A DNA stretch of 64,000 nucleotides from Candidatus Dormiibacterota bacterium (GCA_035552595.1 DASZKZ010000035.1:9205-73204), one strand, 5' to 3'; counted from the first letter of the stretch, positions 28,166 through 37,327 are shown. Numbers and translations are program-made. The notes: generated from the sequence alone by a model not told the origin.

Positions 28166-30007
28166 ATGGCACGTGACGCGGTCGCCGAGATCAAGGCTCG
28201 CCTCGACATCGTCGACGTGGTGGGCGGCTACGTCACCCTCCAGCGCGCGGGACGGGGCCATCGCGCCCTCTGCCCCTTCCACTCCGAGAAGACCCCCTCC
28301 TTCAACGTCAGCCAGGATCGTCAGGCCTGGTACTGCTTCGGGTGCCAGGAGGGCGGCGACATGTTCACCTTCGTCGAGAAGGTCGAGCACACCGACTTCC
28401 GTGCCGCCCTCGAGCTCCTCGCCGAGAAGGCCGGCGTCGAGCTCGAGGCCGCGGCACAGAGCGGGGAGCGGCGGGGGGCCTCGCGGCGGCGCAAGCGCAT
28501 CCTCGAGCTCAACGCCCGGGCGGCCGCTTTCTTCGAGCACGTCCTCTGGTCGAGCCCGGCCGGGGGCGACGGGCGCGGGCTCCTGGAGGCGCGAGCGGTC
28601 ACGGAGACGCGAGCCCGGACCTTCGGCGTGGGCTTCGCGCCGGCCGGGGGCGGTGGGGAGGATGCACTCTCGCGCTATCTCACCGACCGCGCCACGGCGA
28701 CCGCGGACGAGATCGTCGACGCCGGGCTGGCCCATCACGCCCGCGGCGGCCGGCTCCGCGATCGCTTCCGCCATCGCCTCGTCTTCCCCATCCGCGATGA
28801 GCGCGGCGAGGTCATCGCCTTCGGGGCGCGGGCGCTGGGTGACGACGTCCCCAAGTACCTCAACTCCCCCGAGACCTCGGTCTATCACAAGGGGAGCGCG
28901 CTCTTCGGCCTCGATCTCGCGCGCGTCGCCATGCACGACCGGAGGATCGCTGTGATCGTCGAGGGGTACTTCGACGTCATGGCCGCGCACCTCGCAGGGG
29001 TTGCCAACACGGTGGCCAGCAGCGGTACGGCACTGACCCGCGAACAGGCCAAGGTGATCTCGCGCCACGCCGACAGCGTGGTGCTCTGCTTCGACGCCGA
29101 CGAGGCGGGGCGAGCAGCCACCTCGCGGGCCGTGGACGTGGTCGCCGGCGAGGGTCTGCCGGCCCGCATCTGCCTTCTGCCGGAGGGATGCAAGGACCCC
29201 GACGAGCTGGTCCGCGCCGACCCCGGCGCGTTCGCGGCGGTGGTGGAGGGGGCGCCGCCCGAATGGCAGGTGCTGCTCGACCGCGCTCTGGGCGGCGACG
29301 AGGGCGGCAGCATCGACGCCCGGCGAGCGGCCGCGGAGCGCGCCGTCGCGCTGCTGACGCGCATCCCGGAGGCCACGGCCCGCGAGCTCTACGTGCAGCA
29401 GGCGGCGCGCCGCCTCAACCTCACCGCGGCGACACTCGCCTCGGACGTGGTCACGCGCAGGGGCCGCCCGGCCACGGGGCGGCCCCTGCGCGTGACCACG
29501 GCGCCGCCGGTGAGCGCCTCACCGGCCGCGGTGCCCGGGCCGCCGCTGCCACCGGCGGCCGCGTGGGATGGCTATCTGGCCACTCTCTGCGTGCACCGTC
29601 CCGAGATCGCCAGGCGGATCACCGGAGAGTTCGAGCTCGACATCGCCGCCATCCAGCACCCCCTGGCGCGGCGGATGGTCCAGATCGCCCTGGAGACCCC
29701 CGCCGGAGAATCGTTCCCACTCACCGCACTGGCTCCCCACGAGCGCGACTTCGCCGCCGGCCTGCTGGTGCGGACGGTGCCGGAGCTGCTCAGCGAGAGC
29801 CGCGTCGGCGACCTCGACACCGCCCTCGCGGACTGTGTCCGGCTGGTCGCCGAGGCGCAGCGGGTCACCGAGATCTCCGAGGTGGTCCGGCGCATGGCCG
29901 CCGCCAAAGAGCGCGGCGACGACACCGAGGTGGGTGTTCTGGCTGCGCGGTTGCGCCAGCTCGCCACCGCCTCTCCGCGACTGCGCCGCAGTGCGGGGAC
30001 CGGCTGA
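28166..30007 (+). CDS. dnaG: DNA primase
   Basis: Zinc-binding domain CPFHSEKTPSFNV...CFGCQEGGD; TOPRIM EGYFDVMA...DADEAG; conserved dnaG-rpoD order. Confidence 0.9.
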   Translation: MARDAVAEIKARLDIVDVVGGYVTLQRAGRGHRALCPFHSEKTPSFNVSQDRQAWYCFGCQEGGDMFTFVEKVEHTDFRAALELLAEKAGVELEAAAQSGERRGASRRRKRILELNARAAAFFEHVLWSSPAGGDGRGLLEARAVTETRARTFGVGFAPAGGGGEDALSRYLTDRATATADEIVDAGLAHHARGGRLRDRFRHRLVFPIRDERGEVIAFGARALGDDVPKYLNSPETSVYHKGSALFGLDLARVAMHDRRIAVIVEGYFDVMAAHLAGVANTVASSGTALTREQAKVISRHADSVVLCFDADEAGRAATSRAVDVVAGEGLPARICLLPEGCKDPDELVRADPGAFAAVVEGAPPEWQVLLDRALGGDEGGSIDARRAAAERAVALLTRIPEATARELYVQQAARRLNLTAATLASDVVTRRGRPATGRPLRVTTAPPVSASPAAVPGPPLPPAAAWDGYLATLCVHRPEIARRITGEFELDIAAIQHPLARRMVQIALETPAGESFPLTALAPHERDFAAGLLVRTVPELLSESRVGDLDTALADCVRLVAEAQRVTEISEVVRRMAAAKERGDDTEVGVLAARLRQLATASPRLRRSAGTG

Positions 30008-30119
30008 GCGGAACGGCTCTGACCGCCGGGTCGTAGCGGATCCACCGATGTTTGCGTTGAATGAAGGTGAGGAACCCTGAGCTAGCTGTGGATGAACTGT
30101 TGGGACCGGAGGAGGGGAC

Positions 30120-31208
30120 GTGACGATTGCTGCGGCCCCCGACCAGCTCATCTCCGTGGCTGAATCGCTGATCGTGCGCGGCAAGGAGCAGGGCTTTCTC
30201 ACCCCTGACGACATCCTCGCCTCCTTTCCGGAGATCGAGGCTGAACCGGATCACCTGGAGCGGATCTTCGGCGCGTTCACTGACGTGGGAATCGCGGTCA
30301 GCGACGGTGATCGTGATTTCGACACCGTCGAAGAGATCGACGACGACACCATCGCCAAGGCTGAGGCGGCCGATTCGGTGTCCTTCGACGACCCGGTGCG
30401 CATGTACCTCCGCGAGATCGGCCGCGTCGAGCTCCTCAAAGCCGAGCAGGAGGTGCACTACGCCAAGCTCATCGAGCAGGGCGACCTCGCCGCCAAAGAC
30501 GCGCTCACCGAGGCCAACCTGCGCCTGGTGGTGTCCATCGCCAAGAAGTACATCGGCCGCGGCATGTCCTTTCTCGACCTCATCCAGGAGGGCAACCTCG
30601 GGCTCATCCGCGCCGTTGAGAAGTTCGACTATCACCGCGGTTTCAAGTTCTCCACCTACGCGACCTGGTGGATCCGGCAGGCGATCACGCGCGCCATCGC
30701 CGACCAGGGGCGCACCATCCGCGTTCCTGTCCACATGGTCGAGGCCATCAACAAGCTGATCCGGGTATCGCGCCGCCTCCTCCAGGAGCTGGGCCGGGAT
30801 CCCACCGACGACGAGATCGCCGAGGAGCTGGGCCTCGATCCCGAGCGCGTCCGCGAGATCCGCAAGATCTCGCGGGATCCCGTGTCGCTGGAGACACCGG
30901 TCGGCGATGAGGAGGACGCGCACCTCGGCGATTTCGTCGAGGACAAGGACGCGGAGACCCCACCGGACGCGGCGTCGACGGCGATCCTGCACAGCGAGAT
31001 GGAGGGCATCCTCGACACGCTCACCCCCCGTGAGCGCCGGGTTCTGCAGCTGCGATTTGGATTGACCGACGGTCACCAGCGCACTCTCGAAGAGGTGGGC
31101 AAGCGCTTCGGCGTCACCAGGGAGCGCATCCGCCAGATCGAGGCCAAGGCCCTGCGCAAGCTGCGCCATCCCTCGCGCAGCCAGAAGCTCCGCGAGTTCC
31201 TCGAATAG
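30120..31208 (+). CDS. rpoD: RNA polymerase principal sigma factor (sigma-70 family, group 1-like)
   Basis: GTG start 8 nt after GGAGGAGGGG; regions 1.2-4.2 present ([44 protein letters not shown]; rpoD box), immediately downstream of dnaG. Confidence 0.85.
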   Translation: MTIAAAPDQLISVAESLIVRGKEQGFLTPDDILASFPEIEAEPDHLERIFGAFTDVGIAVSDGDRDFDTVEEIDDDTIAKAEAADSVSFDDPVRMYLREIGRVELLKAEQEVHYAKLIEQGDLAAKDALTEANLRLVVSIAKKYIGRGMSFLDLIQEGNLGLIRAVEKFDYHRGFKFSTYATWWIRQAITRAIADQGRTIRVPVHMVEAINKLIRVSRRLLQELGRDPTDDEIAEELGLDPERVREIRKISRDPVSLETPVGDEEDAHLGDFVEDKDAETPPDAASTAILHSEMEGILDTLTPRERRVLQLRFGLTDGHQRTLEEVGKRFGVTRERIRQIEAKALRKLRHPSRSQKLREFLE

Positions 31209-31294
31209 GTCAGGTCGCGGTTCGCTCGAACGTCCGCTCCGTATACTGCGGGCGTAGCTGACGATCGATCCCACTCGAAAATACCCCACGTTAT

Positions 31295-31369
31295 TCCGGG
31301 TTAGCTCAGCGGTAGAGCAGGCGGCTGTTAACCGCAAGGTCACTGGTTCGAATCCAGTACCCGGAGCCA
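31295..31369 (+). tRNA. tRNA-Asn (anticodon GTT), CCA encoded
   Basis: Acceptor TCCGGGT/ACCCGGA, anticodon loop CTGTTAA, TpsiC GGTTCGAATCC, discriminator G + CCA; close to E. coli tRNA-Asn. Confidence 0.9.
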
Positions 31370-31398
31370 TCACCACTTTCAGAGGGGACGACACCATC

Positions 31399-32418
31399 AT
31401 GGCCGACAACACAGCACACGTTCCAGCAAGGCCAGACCTCCAACCGACCGAGGACCAGGCGGCCGCGCCCACCACCGATACAACCATCCCGCCCGAGGCG
31501 ACCCCCCAGCGCGTCGCGGATGGCGAGGAGCTCACCGGGCACACCGACATCGAGCCCTCCGCCGTCGATGTGATCGGCCGCGCCGATGCCCCGGTGGCAC
31601 GCCTCGGTGAGGACCAGCCGGCACCCGCTCTGGTGGGCGCCGTATCCGGCGGGCGAGGCGACGAGACCCGGTTCTCAGAGACCACGGCCTCTCCCTTCAC
31701 CCCTCGAGGGACCACCATTCCCAAGGCCGGCGGCGACTACCCCGTCTGGTCCTTCCGTGATGCCCCCGGCCGCCCGGAGCCGGCCGCGCCCCCCCCGGCC
31801 GACCGGCACCAGGCCGAGCTGCCTTTTCCAACCTCCACCGAGCTGGCCGCGCCCGCGCCACGGTCGCAGCCCACGTTCGGGCCGGTGGGACGGTCTCGGC
31901 CGGCGCCGCTGGTGCCGCTTCTTGCGGTTCTGAGCCTCGGCCTCTACGCGGTGGTCTGGCACCACCGGGTCAATCGTGAGCTCGAGGAGTTCGACCCCAA
32001 GCTGCACGCCCGCCCGCTCCGCAGCACGTTCGCGGTGGCGATCCCCTGGCTGGTGGGCTTGCTGGCGACCCTCGCCGGGGCGGCCTTTCTGGTCGCCGGC
32101 CGTCTCTCGGTGCACATCCCCCTGGCGTCCCAGGTCAGCACCGCCAAGGCGCTCTACCTGCTCGCCGGTCTCGCGGTGGTCCCCTACCTGACGCTGCTGG
32201 TGCCGTTCAGCGTGGTGGCGGTGGTGATGAGCCTCGAGCGGCTGCGCTGCGTCGAGGAGCACGTTGGCACGACCACCGACTGCCAGGTGCGCCCGGTGGG
32301 CAGCTCACTTCTCCTCGCCATCCCGGTGGTCGGCGGGCTGGCGCTCCTGGTGCGTGAGCAGCGCAGGCTCAACACCATCTGGGGCGCCATGGCAGCGGTG
32401 GAGCGGTTCTCGCGCTGA
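31399..32418 (+). CDS. membrane protein with Pro/Ala-rich N-terminal region and C-terminal DUF4234-like domain
   Basis: SD GAGGGGA before ATG; C-terminal TM pair with GLYAVVWHHRVNRELEEF matching the DUF4234 GIYxxxWxxxxNxEL signature. Confidence 0.6.
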   Translation: MADNTAHVPARPDLQPTEDQAAAPTTDTTIPPEATPQRVADGEELTGHTDIEPSAVDVIGRADAPVARLGEDQPAPALVGAVSGGRGDETRFSETTASPFTPRGTTIPKAGGDYPVWSFRDAPGRPEPAAPPPADRHQAELPFPTSTELAAPAPRSQPTFGPVGRSRPAPLVPLLAVLSLGLYAVVWHHRVNRELEEFDPKLHARPLRSTFAVAIPWLVGLLATLAGAAFLVAGRLSVHIPLASQVSTAKALYLLAGLAVVPYLTLLVPFSVVAVVMSLERLRCVEEHVGTTTDCQVRPVGSSLLLAIPVVGGLALLVREQRRLNTIWGAMAAVERFSR

Positions 32419-32507
32419 GCACTGCCGATCCGCCGCCGCCACCACCGCCCCCGCCGTCGCAGCAGACGGATGACGGGCTGCCGCGCCCTGCGTCCCCACG
32501 GCGGGGG

Positions 32508-32777
32508 ATGCGCAGGCGCCGCAGCGCGATCAGCACCCCGGCGTTCGTCGATCGCATGGACGTGGCGGATGACGCCGCGGGGCGGGTGGCCATCTTCGCG
32601 GCGGACGAGGCCTCCGAGGGCTTCGAGCCGGCGCCGCGCGCGCCGGTCACGGCCGGGACAGCAGGTGGTCCCGGCCAGCGCCTCGGTGACCTCCTGGACA
32701 GCTCCTTCGGTCCGGCGCTCATCGCCGTCGGTCTGGTGGTCGTTCTCGTCGTGGGCCTACTGCTGAGCCGCCACTGA
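32508..32777 (+). CDS. possible small membrane-anchored protein (89 aa)
   Basis: Acidic N-terminal part and single C-terminal TM (PALIAVGLVVVLVVGLLL); overlaps another ORF of similar size, so weak. Confidence 0.25.
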   Translation: MRRRRSAISTPAFVDRMDVADDAAGRVAIFAADEASEGFEPAPRAPVTAGTAGGPGQRLGDLLDSSFGPALIAVGLVVVLVVGLLLSRH

Positions 32778-32802
32778 GCTTCGTCGCCGACCCTCGTGGT
32801 AC

Positions 32803-32824
32803 CACACATCTGTGTGATACACTG
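32803..32824 (+). promoter_or_regulatory. 14-bp perfect palindrome CACACATCTGTGTG abutting a TACACT -10-like hexamer ~7 nt upstream of radC ATG
   Basis: Read directly from sequence (coordinates +/-1); likely operator overlapping a leaderless promoter. Confidence 0.4.
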
Positions 32825-32830
32825 ACGAGT

Positions 32831-33481
32831 ATGAGAGGGCGTCTGTGGGCGGCATCGGACCGATCGCTCTGCGGGCGCACGGACGCCGAGCTGATCGCCC
32901 AGGTCCTGGGTGGATCCACACCCTCGCCAGGCACCCTGGAATGTGCCACAAGGGTGGCGGCGGTGCCCATGTGGGAGCGTCGCATGCTGGGATCGGCCGG
33001 CCTGGTGAGCGAGCACGGCGTCGCTCCGGAGCGTGCCCGCCGCCTGGCGGCACTCTGGGAGCTGGCGGAGCGGTGGCTGGCGGACGATCGCCCCACCATC
33101 ACGTCTCCTCGCGAGGCTGTCCTGCTCCTCGGCGGGTTGCGCTCTGCTGCGCAGGAACAGGTGTGGGTGGTCCTGCTCGATGCGCGCCACCGTCCCATCG
33201 CACTCGAGGCTGTGGCGGTGGGGAGCGTCAACAGCTCGCGGCTGACCCCGCGTGACGTGCTCGCGCCCGCCCTGCGCGCGGGGTCATCGGCCCTCGTCGT
33301 GGCCCACAACCACCCGTCCGGCGACGCCTCGCCCTCGCGGGCGGACCGCGTCGTCACCGAGGCGCTGCGCGCGGCGGCGCAGCTGGTGGGCCTCCCGCTC
33401 CTCGATCACATCATCGTCACCGCTCACGGCCACCACTCTTTCCGCGAGGTGGAGGGGTGGGACATCGCGGCCGCGGCATGA
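32831..33481 (+). CDS. radC: RadC-family JAB/MPN domain protein (UPF0758)
   Basis: JAMM motif VVAHNHPSGDASPSRADRVVTEAL and HIIV; N-terminal HhH-like region. Confidence 0.8.
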   Translation: MRGRLWAASDRSLCGRTDAELIAQVLGGSTPSPGTLECATRVAAVPMWERRMLGSAGLVSEHGVAPERARRLAALWELAERWLADDRPTITSPREAVLLLGGLRSAAQEQVWVVLLDARHRPIALEAVAVGSVNSSRLTPRDVLAPALRAGSSALVVAHNHPSGDASPSRADRVVTEALRAAAQLVGLPLLDHIIVTAHGHHSFREVEGWDIAAAA

Positions 33482-33506
33482 CCGTCCCGCCGACCATCGA
33501 GACGGG

Positions 33507-34703
33507 CTAGGAGAAGGCGTCCTCACCGGTGATGGCCTTGCCGAGGATGAGGGTGTGGACCTCCTCGGTCCCCTCGTAGGTGAGCACCGATTCGAGGTTG
33601 TTCATGTGCCGGACCACCGGATACTCGAGGGTGATGCCGTTGGCGCCGAGGATGCTGCGCGCCTCACGGGCCACCTCGATGGCGGCGCGAACATTGGCGC
33701 GCTTGGCCAGCGAGACCTGCACCGGGTGGAGCCGGCCGGCGTCCTTGAGAGCGCCGAGGCGGTGGGCGATCAGCCGGCCCTGCACCAGCGAGGTCGCCAT
33801 GGTGGCCAGCTTGGCCTGGGTGAGCTGGAATCGCGCGATCGGCCGGTCGAACATGCGCCGGGCCTTGCTGTATTCCAGGGCGGCTTCGAAGCAGGCGCGT
33901 GCCGCGCCCATGGCGCCCCAGGCGATCCCGTACCGCGCCTCGTTGAGGCACGACAGCGGTCCTCCCATCCCGGTCACTCCCGGCAGCACCGCCGACTCCG
34001 GCAACGCCACCGAATCGAGGTGGAGCTCGCTGGTCACCGAGGCACGCAGTGAGAGCTTGCGGTGAATGTCCGAGGCGGTGAACCCCGCGGTGCCGCGCTC
34101 CACCAGGAAACCCCGGACACCCTCTTCGGTGGTCGCCCAGACCACGGCGACGTCGGCGATCGAGCCATTGGTGATCCACATCTTGGCGCCGTTCACCACC
34201 CAGCCGTCGCTGCTGCGACGCGCGGTCGTGCGCATGTTCGCGGGGTCGCTGCCGGCGTCCGCCTCGGTGAGGCCGAAGCACCCGATCAGAGTGCCTGCTG
34301 CCATCTCCGGCAGAAACTTCCGCTTCTGCTCCTCGCTCCCGTACGCGTGGATCGGGAACATGGCCAGGGATCCCTGCACCGAGACGAATGAGCGCAGGCC
34401 GCTGTCGCCCGCCTCGAGCTCTTCGCAGGCCACGCCGTACGCCGTCGCGCTGGCGCCGGCGCACCCGTAGCCGGTCAGATGCATCCCCAGGAGGCCGAGA
34501 GAGGCGAGCTCGCCGACCAGTGCCCGCGGAAAGGTGCCGGCCTCGAAGTGGTCGCCGATCACCGGCAGGACCCGCTCGCGCACCAGCGCTCGCACCGTGT
34601 CGCGGATGAGGCGCTCGTCCTCGCCGAGCAGCTCATCGACGCAGTACAGGTCGCTGGGAGGCGGGGGCGCGACCCGCGGCCGGGGTGCCTGGGTGGTCGT
34701 CAC
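33507..34703 (-). CDS. acyl-CoA dehydrogenase (glutaryl-CoA dehydrogenase-like)
   Basis: 398 aa; FAD/CoA-binding motifs GCFGLTEADAGSD, YGSEEQKRKFLPEMAAG, C-terminal catalytic region YEGTEEVHTLILG. Confidence 0.85.
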   Translation of the reverse strand: MTTTQAPRPRVAPPPPSDLYCVDELLGEDERLIRDTVRALVRERVLPVIGDHFEAGTFPRALVGELASLGLLGMHLTGYGCAGASATAYGVACEELEAGDSGLRSFVSVQGSLAMFPIHAYGSEEQKRKFLPEMAAGTLIGCFGLTEADAGSDPANMRTTARRSSDGWVVNGAKMWITNGSIADVAVVWATTEEGVRGFLVERGTAGFTASDIHRKLSLRASVTSELHLDSVALPESAVLPGVTGMGGPLSCLNEARYGIAWGAMGAARACFEAALEYSKARRMFDRPIARFQLTQAKLATMATSLVQGRLIAHRLGALKDAGRLHPVQVSLAKRANVRAAIEVAREARSILGANGITLEYPVVRHMNNLESVLTYEGTEEVHTLILGKAITGEDAFS

Positions 34704-34763
34704 CCGGCGATTGAAGCATGCCGCAGCACGGAGCCGCGGCTCGCAGCCGGTGGCGTCACGGCG

Positions 34764-35201
34764 TCAAACCAAGGCAGGTTGCGCTGAGGCGGCGCGAGCG
34801 GCGAGCACCTGATCGCGGAGCACCGAGTCGGTCGCGAATCCCGCATTGACGGCGGTTGCCCGGCCGGAGCGGTCGAGGACGACGGTGGTGGGGAGGGTCA
34901 TGACCCGGTACGAGCGCGCCACGCCGGGGTCGAGCGCGACGTCGATCTCCCGGATGGCGACGTCGTCGATGAGGCCACGCAGGCGCCGGAGCGCGGGACG
35001 CTGGGCGACGTGGCAGACGGTGCAATTCTCGCCGGTGAAGTAGAGGATGTCGGGGCTCGCGCCGCGGTTGGCTGGATCCGCGCCGTGGGGCAGCAGGGCG
35101 CCGATGAGGCGGCGCTGCCGGGAGCGCTGCAGCGCCAGCACCGCGGCTGCGAGCGCCAGGACCAGCAGGGCCGCGACTGGGGCGAACAGTGGCGCGGGCA
35201 C
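34764..35201 (-). CDS. thioredoxin-like protein with N-terminal TM anchor (CTVC active site)
   Basis: GTG start 2 nt after upstream stop; N-terminal hydrophobic helix; ILYFTGENCTVCHV CxxC plus thioredoxin-fold VMTLPTTVVLD. Confidence 0.6.
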   Translation of the reverse strand: MPAPLFAPVAALLVLALAAAVLALQRSRQRRLIGALLPHGADPANRGASPDILYFTGENCTVCHVAQRPALRRLRGLIDDVAIREIDVALDPGVARSYRVMTLPTTVVLDRSGRATAVNAGFATDSVLRDQVLAARAASAQPALV

Positions 35202-35203
35202 GA

Positions 35204-35671
35204 TCAGCCGACGGCGGGACGGCGGCCGCTCAGCGGGAACAGCCCGACGCGCACCAGCTGGGCGTACACGATGCACCCGACGCAGACGTCGAAGGCGAAG
35301 TTGAGGAAGGCGAGGGCGATCACCACCCAGCCGAGCGTCCAGGCAGCGGTGAGGTGGCCGAGCACCGCGGCGATGCTGGCGGCGACCAGGAAGATCCCTC
35401 CCACCAGCTGCGCGAACCGGTGCGGCGCGGGGTCCTCGATCCGAACTCGCTGACGGACCCACCCGCGAGGCCTGAGCACTCTCGCGTAGATCGCACGAGG
35501 CAGGCTGGTGGCCGGCGACAGCGCGCCGCCTAGCAGCATCAGGGCAAACAGCGGCAGCGCGATGGCGGCGGCGGGGCGTGCCAGGGCGATCAGCCAGGCG
35601 ATCGCCAGGCCGGTGATGAGCAGCACCTGCCCCACCTTGAGAGGACTGCGATCGAAGGGGACGTTGGCCAT
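35204..35671 (-). CDS. small polytopic membrane protein (DUF4395-like)
   Basis: ~155 aa, 4 predicted TM; start at MANVPFDRSPLK (alt 35692); directly precedes and is coupled to the thioredoxin-like gene. Confidence 0.5.
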   Translation of the reverse strand: MANVPFDRSPLKVGQVLLITGLAIAWLIALARPAAAIALPLFALMLLGGALSPATSLPRAIYARVLRPRGWVRQRVRIEDPAPHRFAQLVGGIFLVAASIAAVLGHLTAAWTLGWVVIALAFLNFAFDVCVGCIVYAQLVRVGLFPLSGRRPAVG

Positions 35672-35784
35672 CGGAGTGGAAAGCATACCCAAATGGTCGG
35701 GATTCCGCGCCGGCCCCGCCGGTGGCCGGAGCGGCTACGCTCGTCGCCGCGCAACGGCGCACCCCGTCGACCAGAGGATGCCCA

Positions 35785-36192
35785 GTGCCGGCCAAGAAGG
35801 ATGACCTCGATGCCCGCTTCCGCGAGGCGTTCGCCCGCGAGGCGGAGAGCGTCGTGCGCTGCCTCTTCTATGCGCGCCGCGCCGACGTCGAGGGCCGCGC
35901 CGACATCGCCGCGGTGCTCCGCTCGATCGCCGATGGCGAGATCAGCCAGGCCTTCGGCCACCTCGAATTCCTCGAGGAGGCGGGGGACCCGCTGGCGGGT
36001 GGGGGAGACGCGGCCGGGGACCTGGCGGCGGTGATCGAGGGCGAGGGCCGGGCGGTGGAACGCTACACCGAGCTGGCCGCCGGCGCTCGTGCCGCGGGGC
36101 GCACCGACGCCGCCGAATGGTTCGACACGTTGGTGGACGCGGAGTCCGTCCACCTCGGCGTGCTCCGTCGCGCTGCCGCGCTGGACAGCTGA
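35785..36192 (+). CDS. ferritin-like / rubrerythrin-family protein
   Basis: GTG start; two ExxH-type helices (EAESVVRCLFYARRAD...ISQAFGHLEFLEEAG ... EGRAVERYTELAAGARAAG...AESVHLGVL) suggesting a diiron four-helix bundle. Confidence 0.5.
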   Translation: MPAKKDDLDARFREAFAREAESVVRCLFYARRADVEGRADIAAVLRSIADGEISQAFGHLEFLEEAGDPLAGGGDAAGDLAAVIEGEGRAVERYTELAAGARAAGRTDAAEWFDTLVDAESVHLGVLRRAAALDS

Positions 36193-36194
36193 CG

Positions 36195-36758
36195 GTGGAG
36201 CGGTTCGCCGGCGGCGAGGTGGTCACCGGGTCCGCATACGAGGCCGAGCGGGCCGCCGTCAGAGCTCGGCTGGCCTCCACGGCCGGGCTCCGCCGCATCG
36301 GTCTCGGGGACGGCGTGGTGCTCGTCTTCCACACTCGCGAGACCGTCCGGGCGGCCCTGCAGGAGCTTCTCCGCGCCGAGCGTGTGACGGATGCGGACCG
36401 CATCTCGGCGGAGTCCACCGGGTTCGCGGAGCTGCTCGGTGGCGATCATGACCTGGTCGCCACGCTCCATCTCGACGTCTCCGACCCGGTCGCCCTCGCC
36501 GACCGCGTCGCGGAGCTGGCGGGGATCGAGGAGATGGTGTGGCTCGACGTCGGCGGCGATCGCGTGCCGGCCACGGCGGACCCCGACGACGCCGCCTCGG
36601 GCGCCCACCACCTCCGGTTCCGGCTCGGCCCCGAGCAGCGGTCCCGTCTGCTCGCGGAGAGCTTCGCCACAGTGACCGTCGATCACCCCAAGTTGCGAGC
36701 CAGCGTGAGGTTGACCGAGGAGCAGATCCGCGCCATCGCCGCCGACCTACGGCGGTGA
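36195..36758 (+). CDS. conserved hypothetical protein (DUF3501-like)
   Basis: GTG start 3 nt after rubrerythrin-like stop; 187 aa soluble protein; family call from memory. Confidence 0.5.
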   Translation: MERFAGGEVVTGSAYEAERAAVRARLASTAGLRRIGLGDGVVLVFHTRETVRAALQELLRAERVTDADRISAESTGFAELLGGDHDLVATLHLDVSDPVALADRVAELAGIEEMVWLDVGGDRVPATADPDDAASGAHHLRFRLGPEQRSRLLAESFATVTVDHPKLRASVRLTEEQIRAIAADLRR

Positions 36759-36762
36759 GGCC

Positions 36763-37150
36763 GGTGGGCGGTGGTGGGGCGCCGGCCCGGCCGCCGGCCC
36801 GAGCGCCGCTCACTCTCGCGCTGCTCGGGCTCCTGCTGGCCGGCTGTGGCGACACCACCTCGCAGCCCTCGTGGGTACCGTCACATCCCGGTACCGCGCT
36901 GCTCAGCTTCCAGACCACGGCTCCGGGCGTTTGTGCCATCACCGTCCAGTACCCCAACGACGCCCCCGCCGCCATCGGCTACCTGGGAGGCACCTATGTG
37001 CAGGTGGCCCGGCGGGCGCACCCGGCGGTGCCGACCGGCCGCGAGCTCGGACAGTCGGGTGAGTGGCGAGTGCTCCTCCTCACTGGCGGAGATCTCCTCC
37101 TGGTCACCCCCGGCGCCGCCTTCGACTACCGCCTCGAGGCCAACTGCTGA
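36763..37150 (+). CDS. putative lipoprotein
   Basis: GTG start; signal peptide with lipobox LLLAGC; 129 aa. Confidence 0.45.
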
Positions 37151-37327
37151 CCGATCGGGGGTCGGATTGATTCGGATCATGTAGGGAACGAGTATCCGAT
37201 CGAGAATCCCGTCGCGAAGCGACAGCGGCGCGCGAGGCGCGCCGAGGGGTGGGGGTGAGCGTGGTCGGATTGATTCCGACCAGGCGAGGGGCGGGGATCT
37301 GCCCCGCCCCTGTAAGACTCTCAACCC
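37151..37327 (+). promoter_or_regulatory. structured 177-nt leader upstream of chlD-like gene: two 17-nt direct repeats (GGTCGGATTGATTCsGA at 37160-76 and 37263-79), 10-bp GC hairpin (37287-96/37302-11), partial cobalamin-riboswitch-like core
   Basis: Seen in sequence; AGGGAA (37183-88) ... GAGAATCCC ... CTGCCCCGCCCCTGTAAG resembles the B12-element core but the 3' half of the riboswitch is absent. Confidence 0.35.

Noticed and set aside
26847-28955. 702-aa + strand ORF spanning the MFS 3' end and dnaG 5' end
   Set aside because: It lies out of frame across two genes with strong homology signals. Its translation is extremely Arg/Gly/Pro/Ser-rich.
29865-31724. 619-aa minus-strand ORF across rpoD and tRNA-Asn
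   Set aside because: Antisense to the sigma factor and running through a tRNA gene. This is a GC artefact.
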